In this document: positions 52,590 to 64,000 of the stretch, piece by piece | How the letters are laid out: each line of letters opens with the position of its first letter | Numbering within the stretch: the first letter of the stretch is position 1 | Origin: the human T2T-CHM13v2.0 reference genome, Homo sapiens | Direction: 5' to 3' | NCBI GenBank assembly: GCA_009914755.4 | Contig: CP068257.2 | Span: 43,712,001 to 43,776,000 of the forward strand | Length of the DNA: 64,000 nucleotides | Program-made: the position numbers and the translations under genes | The notes under the pieces: model-generated | The model's input: only the letters and a program-made list of their open reading frames with translations | What the model was told of the DNA's origin: nothing | Database searches by the model: none

Positions 52590-53620
52590 CAGACAGAATT
52601 TCCAGAAGACAAAACAAAACAAAAAAACAGCAGCTTTTGGCTTCAGTAATTTTTCTCTACTGTTTTGGTCTGCTTCCTATTTTTCATTAATTTCAGTTCT
52701 GATATTTATTATTTCCTTTCTTCTGTTTACTTTGTGCTTAATTTGCTTTTTTCCTGGCTTCTTCAGTTGGAGGCTCAGGTCGTGTCTTTGTGCTCCTTCT
52801 TTTCCGCATTTAGTGCTATAAATTTCCCATTAAGCGCTGCATTAGCTTTTCCCCAGAAATTTGGATATGCTGTTATTTTCAATTAACTAAACAAAGTTTT
52901 AATTGTCTCCCAAGAGTCATACAATTTATTGAGAAATGTGTTGTTTAAAATTTCAAAATATGTTGGGATTTTCCAGATAACTATTTTTTACTTCTTGCTT
53001 AACTCTGTTATGCCCTAAAAGCATACTTTGTAGGATTTGTGTTTTTAAAAATTTGTTAAGATATATCTTATGGCCCAGGATATGGTCTATCTTGGTGACG
53101 TCCATGCACATTTGAGAAGAATGTTCTAAGCTGTTGCTGGGTGGTGTGTTCTATGAACATCAATCAGCTCTAGGTGCTGGATAGTGTTGCTCATGCCCTC
53201 TGCATCATTACTGATTTTTCTGTCCATGTGTCTGACAATTACCGAGAGAAGAGAGATGAAGTCTTAAAGCATAACTGGGGATCTGTCTATTTCTCTTTCC
53301 AGTTCGATGGGTTTTTCTTCATGGGGTTTGAAGCCCTGTTGTTTGGTACATGCTCATTTATGACTGTGATGTCTTCTTGGAGCCCTGACCCTCATTATGA
53401 TGCAAAGTCCCTCATCATCCATGTGGATGCTCCTTCTAGATCTACATCTACATCCTCGTAGATGTTGAAATCTATTTGTCAGAGATGAAGCAGCGACTCC
53501 ACCTTTCTTTTGACTAGTGCTTGAATGGTGTATTATGTTTAACTCTATATATGCCTTTAGATTCAAAGTGCATTTCTTGTAGCCACGATGTAGTTGAATC
53601 CTGCTTTTTAAAATCCAATA
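52590..53620 (-). mobile_element. Continuation of the antisense L1 (ORF2 middle or N-terminal half)
   Basis: The stretch gtgctataaatttcccattaagcgctgcattagcttttccccagaaatttggatatgctg matches the L1 reverse complement ...gtgctataaatttccctctacacactgctttgaatg... The stretch catgcacatttgagaagaatgttctaagctgttgctgggtggtgtgttctatgaacatcaatcagctc is collinear with the L1 reverse complement catgtgcacttgagaagaatgtgtattctgctg... Confidence 0.6.
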
Positions 53621-53626
53621 TGACAG

Positions 53627-53940
53627 GTCAGGCGTGGTGGCTCACGCCTGTAATCCCAGCACTTTGGGAGGCGGAGGCGGGCAGATCACGAGGTCAGGAG
53701 ATCAAAACCATCCTGGCTAACACAGTGAAATCCTGTCTCTACTAGAAATACAAAAATATCAGCCAGGCATGGTGGTGAGCGCCTGTAGTCCCAGCTACTC
53801 AGGAGGGTGAGGCAGGAGAATGGTGTGAACCCGGGAGGCAGAGCTTGCCGTGAGCCGAGATGGCGCCACTGCACTCCAGCCTGGGAGACAGCGCGACTCT
53901 GTCTCAAAAAAATAAAAAAATAAAAATAAAATAAATAAAA
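53627..53940 (+). mobile_element. Alu SINE, sense, nested in L1
   Basis: The sequence runs ggtcaggcgtggtggctcacgcctgtaatcccagcactttgggaggcggaggcgggcagatcacgaggtcaggagatcaaaaccatcctggctaacacagtgaaatcc ... gactctgtctcaaaaaaataaaaaaataaaaataaaataaataaaa. Confidence 0.9.
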
Positions 53941-53944
53941 TCCA

Positions 53945-55700
<1,756 letters not shown>

Positions 55701-57299
55701 CTGGCATAGAAAGAGCTAGAACAGAAATTGAGCTTTAAAAGCAAGTTTCAAAACCATGGATATTATCTCATGTATGCTTTGTTTTTAAAATTCCACAAAG
55801 CAACATAATATTTCTAGAGTAACAAATATCTACAAAATGCATTTTGTAAAACAGCCTGGAAGGAAAACCCACAGAAGATGATAAGGGTTCGGTTTGGCAG
55901 GAGGCAGGGTTGGGACTCCAGCTTTACTGGTCACATGTGGAGTTTTTACAGTGAGGTTGTGTCCTGTGTGAGCTATGTGTCTTCAGACAACTCACCCTGT
56001 GATTGGGTGGATGATGCGGCAGAGAAGGGAGCACAAAGGGCCCTGGCAGGTGCAGGTGGAGGCAGGGCTGAGGCCAGGTCTGCTCTATGTCAAGAGGAGT
56101 GCAGCCTCTCACAAAAGCTGAACAATTCCTAGGCTCCTGCGCACTGCGGGTTGTAACCACGGCCCGGGCAGCTCCTCTGAGCCTGAGTGCAGCCCCTTCC
56201 CTGTCTGTACCACCTCTCCCTGCAAACCCATCAACCCCATCCCAGGCCCCACCTGCCCAGGAAGCAAGACAGACACCTGTGGTGCAGGCCCCAGACTTGA
56301 GGAATCTGCTACCGCTTCTTAGAACCCAGACACGGTCCTAAGCCTGCTCCACCTGCTCCACCCCAGGACCTCTGCCGGAGCTGCCCTCGGTCCTGGATGC
56401 TCTCTCCTCCCTGCGCACCCCACAGCCCATTCCTCCACAGCCCATGAGCCCTCCCCTGGTCCCTGCAATGAGCCACGGCCACTCCCCTGCTCCCCACACC
56501 TGTGCTCCAAGGCCCCCCAGGGACCTGGCACGTCCGTCTCTTTGGGGGCACTGGTTTGAGCCTGCCCCTACCAGAGGGCACAGAGCCTCCAGGACCCTGG
56601 TGGAGGGACAAACAGGGCCGAGCAGAGCTCCATGTGGACGCTGGGCGCTGCCCTCAGAGCACCTGCAGGCGTCTGTGCAGAAGGGCCCGGGAGGAGGTAA
56701 GGCGAATGGAGAGACTTTTGGTCTTATTTTCTACGTGTGTTTCTGCATTTTCTGTTGATTTTTCTGTGGTTATCACATATTACTCGTGTCTACAAAGGAA
56801 ACAATACAACTCTAATAGAAAGAGGGGATGCTACAGAGCCTATGGGGACACAGCCATGAGGCCAAGGTAAGGCCCCAAGTGAAACGAATGAGCAAAAAGA
56901 GTTCGTACAGCTACCAGGTAAGCAGTCACATGTGTTTCATAGTAGCTGTGTCTCCTACTGATCACACCCCCATAGTCCCCAAAGGTGGAGAGTGGGGCAG
57001 GAGAGAGGTAGGCCAACTCAGGCCACAGGTGGGCTGGCACCCGCCCTGCCCCAGCCCCTCCCTCCTGGGAGCCGCAGACAGGCCCCCAGGGCAGTGCATC
57101 AGGCCACACCTGCAGAGACCTGCTTCCCCTGGCAGCAGGCACCTGCCCTGACGGAAGACTTAGGAATGGGTTGGGTTGGGTGGAAGTGGTGCCCCAGGGC
57201 AGGTGAGATGGAAGAGGTGAAAGAGACCTGCACTGCAGGGTTAATGGACAGGGGCCAGACAGACCAGGAGCCTCGGGAGGAGAAGCCACCAGGACCCAG

Positions 57300-57535
57300 G
57301 ACACATGAACACCCCTGACACACACTCACACGCACACAGGCTGACACACATGCACACACTGTACATAGTTACAGAAACACACACATGCACACACACAGCA
57401 CAGAGAGACATGCACACACATGCACACAAGGTACGGTCACAGACACACACACAGCAGACACACAGACACACCCACTGCACTGCAGAGACACCACCAAACC
57501 CTGATAGACACACACAGACTCACTCCTCCATCCAC
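57300..57535. repeat. CA-rich cryptic simple repeat
   Basis: The sequence reads acacactcacacgcacacaggctgacacacatgcacacactg...acacacacatgcacacacacagcacagagagacatgcacacacatgcacacaag...acacacacagcagacacacagacacac. Confidence 0.7.
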
Positions 57536-58784
57536 CTGAGAAACAAAAGTTTTGCAGAAGTGTGCGATGACCACTTCTACTCTATGCTGTTCTCCTTAAT
57601 CTTTTTATTTTTAAAAAATGTGGGTCATAATCCTTTACATTGATTTCCTTCCTCACAGTGCACCGCAAGCACTCAGGGAAGGACTCCAGGTTTGAAGGCA
57701 GATGCTGGTCGGGACCCGACCAGGTGGCTGGGCGGGAAGAGGTGAGATCGGGCAGGATTGGGCCTGGGAAGGCTGAGGCAGGCAGGGATGATGCCAGCAG
57801 AGGAGAATCCCAAGCAGGCCCCGCGGCTGCGGCTGGAGAGCTCCAGGGGCGGAGAGGAGGTGGGAGGCAGCAGTCAGGTTGGGAGGACCCTGGCAAGCAA
57901 GCCCAGAGAGGAGGGCCGGGAGGGCCGGGCACTAGAAGTGTGAAGTCACTGCTGCCTCCTGGGGCTGCTTCAGAGGATGGGTGGGGCCACGTGTGGGGAG
58001 ATCAGGGAGACTGGAGACTACGCTGTTTGGTCCAGGCATAGGAGATGAGCCCTGGCCGGGAAGGGACAGTGTGGATGGGCCAGGCGGAATCAGAGGGTTT
58101 CAGAGAAAGCCGTCAAGCCAGTGCCATGAGTTTCGCGCACACGAGGAGGGAGCAGGCTGGGGGGTGTTGCTGGTGTGAGGGCTCTCTGGTTGCAGGGAGC
58201 GGTCCGGTCGGGTGGGGGCACAGCTGCCAGGAGGAAAGCGCCCAGGGCCTGCAGGTGGGGCTCAGGATGCTGGCCCTGAAGAAATAGAAACAGGGTTTTC
58301 ACCTGGGAGGGAGGAGGAGCCTGGGAACTGGGGAGGAAGAGGCTCTGCTGGGCCGCGCCCTGGGAACAGGGGGACCTGGGGACAGATCTGGCCCTCGCAC
58401 GCCCCTCCTGTCTCGCGTCCGTCCCTCCGTGCAGCCGGGGCAGGACCCTGCAGGGGCCTTGCGGGCCGGAGGTGCCGGCTTCCTCCTCCGTCCCGTCCCC
58501 CCCGCGGTGACTCTATTCAAATCTCCCCCCTTCCCGCTGCCCCACCGGACTCAGGGGCTGGGGTCGTAGCCCGGCGGGCAGCGGTGTTCACCTTCCGCAT
58601 AAACCTGGGCTTCCTCGCGGGGCAGCCCCCGGGCCCTGTGCTGGGTCGCAGCCTCGGGCGGTTCCCTCGGGGCGGGACGTGTCCCCGTCCGTCCTCGCCC
58701 GTCCCCGCCGCCCCCGGGTCCCGGCCCGCCCCGTCCTCGCAGCCGCAGGTCCGCTGCGGCGCCCGCCCCCCTCTCCCCTCCCCG

Positions 58785-58905
58785 GGCCTTGCCCTGCTCG
58801 TCGCTCCGCCCCCTGCCCGGCCCCTGCCCGGCCCCGCCCCGCGCCCGCCCCCTGCCCGCGCCCGCCCCGCCCCCTGCCCGCCCCCTGCCCGGCCTCCCAG
58901 CGGCG
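58785..58905 (+). promoter_or_regulatory. Tandem array of Sp1-type GC boxes (ccccgcccc / gcccgccccctgcccg), ~7 units
   Basis: The sequence reads cgctccgccccctgcccggcccctgcccggccccgccccgcgcccgccccctgcccgcgcccgccccgccccctgcccgccccctgcccggcc. It sits ~90-200 bp upstream of the first candidate ATG at 58988. Confidence 0.6.
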
Positions 58906-58987
58906 GCGGCTGCAGCGCGGCGGTCCGAGCGGGTGCACCGCGGCGGAGGAGGCAGCATCCCGCGGCGCTGACGGTCCTGGGGAGAGC

Positions 58988-58998
58988 ATGGCGCCGAG
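58988..58998 (+). CDS. Putative first coding exon (ATG GCG CCG AG) ending at a consensus splice donor
   Basis: The ATG lies in a Kozak context (gagagcATGG) and GAG|gtgagg is a strong donor. Splicing to 59136 puts the ATG in frame with the hydrophobic signal-peptide frame. This is inferred and has no experimental support. Confidence 0.3.
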
Positions 58999-59115
58999 GT
59001 GAGGCCGGGGCTGCGGGCAGGGGTTGGGGGACGCCAAGATGCGGCTGCGGGGGTCCCGGGGGTCCCGGGGCTCGGCCGGGTCCTGCGGGGGTCGCGGGGG
59101 TCCTGCGGGGTCTGA

Positions 59116-59919
<804 letters not shown>

Positions 59920-62900
59920 TAACCGGGGCCTCCTGCCTCCAGCCAGCCCAGCAGAGGCCCGGGGGAGGCGGCGGGGACGCGGACCCCAGGGGAGCCCCGC
60001 CCAAAGGGCCTGGGTGCCTTGTCGCGGGTGGAATCCCACCCGGGGGTCCACGCAGCCAGCGCCTGCCTCCGACTCGACTCCACACCTGCTTGCTACAGCG
60101 GGTGAGGAAGCAGGAAAGGGGGAGGGAGGGATGTCGTCTGGATTCCTGTAATAATTTGTTTCATTGTTTCCAATCGACTTAGTCACCAGGTTAAATAGTA
60201 GCATAGACCTTTCAAAAAAGTAGCTAGCTTATAAGTAGATGTATTGAAAACACCTGCTTGTTGAGTCGTAGACAATTCCTCATTTACTGTGTGAACTCTA
60301 GGGGGTGAAACACGGGCGGAGAGCGGCTGTGAGCTCACGCGGCTCCATCCCCACAGCGGCCCAGGGTCACTCGGGGCCATTAATCAGGCCGCAGAGCTGC
60401 CCTCTGAGCCGGGCCGCCAGCGCCCACAGGGCCCAGACCAGGGCTCCCTGGGCGGGATGTTTTAAATCGCACAGGGACAAAGGAAAGGAAAGACGCTGGG
60501 GCCCAAGCCCGAGCTTATGAAACGTTATCAAGGAGGAGATGTAAAAGGTGATGGTTTTTTTGCCTTTGAATAGAAAAAACAAAAACTGTTAACGCGAGCT
60601 TTGGTGAGATGCAATCTTGAGATCTAAGAGTGGGGTGTAAAGTCAGTGCAGGCCTCAGCAGGGAAAGTTACGGTTGGCCAAATGGGCTGTGCGTTCCTCT
60701 TCTGTCCCGGGCCTGCCCCAGCCTCAAGCACTCTGGGGCAGGAAGGCCCCTTGGAGGTGTCTAATGGAATGTGGAAGGCGGGTGGCCAGGAGGCTGAAGC
60801 GGAAGCAGGCCCAGAGAGGGGTCTGCATGCTGCCCACACACCCCTCCCCCAGCCCGGAGAGAACTCAGGCTCCAGGCCACCCGCAGCCCGGGTTCCAGTC
60901 CTTGCAGGACCAAGTCCCCCTGAAATGGGAAAACAGTCGCCCCCTTTAGGGGTTATTGGAGAAGAGCTAATGTGTCTGAAATGCTGACTCTGGCGAGGGT
61001 TTCAGTTGTTCTCAAAACTTAAAAAGCACCCTTGAGAGTTGAAGGCCTGAGGCCCAGTTTGCTGATTTGCACATTTTTTTCTGGCCAAGAATGATGCATC
61101 TTTCCATGTCTCTGTGCTACACTTGATCCCTAGAAAAGTCTTTTGCTTTTTTGTGTCAGGATTGGTCACTGTGATGCTGAGGTTCTTGAATGGTGTTTGT
61201 GCCTTTCCCTGTAATCAGGAACCTGGGCTCAGTGGTCACTTGGCCGCTTGGTTGCCACCCAGCTGTGTGAGGTGCCGCAGTCTTACCTGCAATCTCTCCT
61301 CTGGTGGATTTGTGTGTGCGAAACAGCCGTGACCCCCAAGAGGTGCTTGTAGTCAGTGCTTCAGAGTCAGAGTGGAGCTGAGGAAGAGGACTGTGTCACC
61401 GGGGCAGTTGCTGATGCCCATGGCCACGCCAGGAGCCTGGTCTCATGAGTCTCCTTGTCTCTGAGCCTCTCCTACACTCCACCATGGCATCAAGCTCTAC
61501 CCCTGCCTCCCTGCAGCCCCCAGAAGATGCATGTCCTGCCCCTGCTCACCACTAGGACCTCCTCCTGTCTGGTGGTCAGCACAGAGCCCAGTGATGTGGG
61601 TACAAGGCAGGGTCCCTGCGCCTCACTTCCCACTCCCTCTGAAGCCCTGCAGGGATTGGGCTTCAGTGACCTGGGTTCCGTGGGTGTGGCTCACCCCAGG
61701 GCACACGGCGCCTAGGTAACGAGAGACCCTCCCGCGTAGAAGGTGGTCTTGTTTCTGGGCTCACCCACTGGGGAGTCTTCAGGATTCAGATGCAAGGACT
61801 TTGGAAGATAGTTTTGAATTTCAGCAAAACTTGTTTTTCAGGGCACTCCTGTTTTCCTGTAAATGAAAGCAGAGCAGGGGAAGTCCTCTGTAGGAAAACC
61901 TAGAAGGAGTGAACTGCCCTGCTCCAGAGTGCAGGCGCCAGACACTGGGGGCCAGTCCGGGAGAGCCCCACTTCACCTGCTGCTGCTCCATTTAAAAGTG
62001 CAAGGCACATGCATACACGGGCATGCACAATTGTGCACACAGGTGCACATTCCCAGTCACGCGAAGTGCAGGGGCACAACTGTGTACATGCACACACACA
62101 CAAAAGTGCACATGTGTGTGCACACACATGCCCCCCGCAGGCGTGTGATTCTCACAGTCATGCTGCATCCACACAAAGTCTTCCTCCCTCAGAGTGCCTT
62201 GTTCTGTCTTCACCTGGATTGTTGAAAAGGCTGGGGGCTGGGTTCTTTGGGCCCCGGGAGTGCCAGGGGATCCTGTGGTATGATCAACAGCACCACCGCC
62301 CTGGGAGCAGCTCCTGATTGCTGGGAACAGACAGTAGGGGCTGGGCTGGGGTAGAAGCTGCAGCCTGCAGGCAGCCCAGAGAGAGGGGCCCCCACAACAC
62401 CCTCCCCAGCCCCCGCTGATTGTGTGGGGGCAGGGAGTATGCAGGCAGCTCGGAGAGAGGGGCCCCCACAACACCCTCCCACCCCCGCTCACTGTGTTGG
62501 GGGAGGGGTGCCTGCTTCTGCTCAGGAAGGAGACCCGGCTGGGTCTGGCTGTGGAGCGTATGTTGGAGACCTGAGGCCACCCTGGAACTCTCCAGGTGAA
62601 GCCTAGGGATCCAAAGAACCTCACAGCTGTGGGGGATGGAGTGGGGCAACACCTGAAACCTCCAGCAAGTCTCTTCCTCTCTCAGCCCCAGGCCTGCAGA
62701 GGAGGGTGTGCCAGCCAACTGGGCCTTTGTGCCGGCACTGGCTCCCCACCAGTGCTCAGGGGTCAGGTGCAGAGGCTGGCAGGGACAAAGCTGGCTGTGG
62801 CTGAGCACAGCCCCCAGGCTGGGGCTGTGTCTGGAGGGGCTGGCCATGGCCCTCACCCCACCCCCGGCATGGGGCACTGGACCATGCAGAGAAGGGACCA

Positions 62901-64000
62901 CCCCAGTGCCTGCCAGGGCCAGTCAGAGCTGCCACCCTCCAGGCTGTCTGTTAGCAGGTGCCTGTCAGAGAACAAGACGACAGGCCTGGCCAGGCCCAAC
63001 CCCACAGCGAGATTTCAGCGGCTGGCCAGTGGCAGACGGCGCAGGGTCTGAGACAGATATTCCCTCGTATGGTGCTGTGCAGGGCAGGGGCAGAATCCTG
63101 GGAAACTAAAATGCATGTTGGGCGCCCTTATACGATGATGATATTTGGTACATTTTGAAATACTGTGGCCCATGAAGATCCTGAAAGCAGTTTGGGGCAC
63201 TGTGGGGTGTTCTGTGGCCTCTGGGCTTGGGTGCTCCTCTTATCCAAGGCCTCCCAGGCCTGGGAGTTTGGGGTCTAAGGCCCTTTTCAAGGCCCAGGCA
63301 CCTGCCCAGAATGACTGGGCAGCTGAGACCCGCCTGCTGGGAGCCTTGCCAGGGCCAGCACTGGGCGGTCACAGGCCAGAGCCCTGCACCAGGCGGTCAT
63401 AGGCCAGGACCTGTCCAAGGCAGCGGAGTGCCAGGCAAGTGAAGCCCTGCCATCTGGTGCCTGAGCGCAGACCCTGCTCCACGGCCAGTGGCTGTCACCA
63501 GCCTTGCTGCCTCAGTTTCCCCTCCTTAACCCCGGGGCGGGAGTGGCTGCTTCCTCTAGGGGTTCTGTGAGCGGCCGCTGGCAATTGTGTAAAAGCCACA
63601 TACCACACACTGGATCTTTGTGCCAGATCCCGTGTCACGTGAGGAGACAGCCAGCCCAGGCAGGGAGCTGATCTGTGTTGTCCCCTGGCGCTGCCCGGGG
63701 CCACAGAGAGTGAGGGAGCGGTGCTTACCGGCCCTGGCGGTAACGTTTTAGATGGCGAGTTTAGGCCTCTGCAGAAGGGCTGTCAGGAGGAGCTTTTGAT
63801 CACGGATGCGCTGAGTCAGATGAAATGTGGAGGCTGCAGGGGAAGTGTCTGTGCCCCGTGCCTGCAGGAGCACGCCTTCCCCCCGCAGCTCCTCCGGCGC
63901 GGGCAGGCCCCGGCACGGCCTTTCTGGCTTCTTCCACAGGAGCCGTGGAAAGGGGAATTATTCTCAAGCCCCTGCATCTTTCTGGCACTTTCTGGCATTT

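Overview
This is primate (human-type) nuclear genomic DNA, not a prokaryotic locus, and I found no operon-like or defence-system architecture. The window is GC-rich and unusually dense in repeats. It holds about 16 Alu SINEs in both orientations, two MIR fragments, and an old L1 carrying four nested Alus on the minus strand at roughly 49.9-55.7 kb. There are further L1 ORF2 pieces at 8.5-10 kb interleaved with ERVL-MaLR-type LTR copies, a small Tigger-type DNA transposon, and more than 20 tandem minisatellite arrays with units of 16-97 bp plus several CA/TG-rich cryptic simple repeats. That density resembles subtelomeric or other GC-rich VNTR-dense human DNA. Four features stand out.

- **NUMT:** a ~197-bp nuclear copy of mitochondrial MT-CO1 lies inside a 25-bp minisatellite at about 30.06-30.25 kb.
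- **Inverted duplication:** two ~700-750-bp arms at 17.15-17.9 kb and 22.69-23.43 kb are ~93% identical and sit ~4.9 kb apart.
- **Promoter:** a CpG-island promoter at about 58.4-59.7 kb contains a tandem of GC boxes and two tiny putative 5' coding exons. Spliced together they would encode a textbook signal peptide, [36 protein letters not shown] could not identify the gene, and the rest of it must lie beyond the window end.
- **Inverted Alu pairs:** two tightly spaced pairs are present.

All long ORFs in the six-frame track are explained by stop-poor tandem repeats, Alu or L1 sequence, or the GC-rich CpG island. None has support as a real protein-coding gene apart from the short exon candidates at the CpG island.
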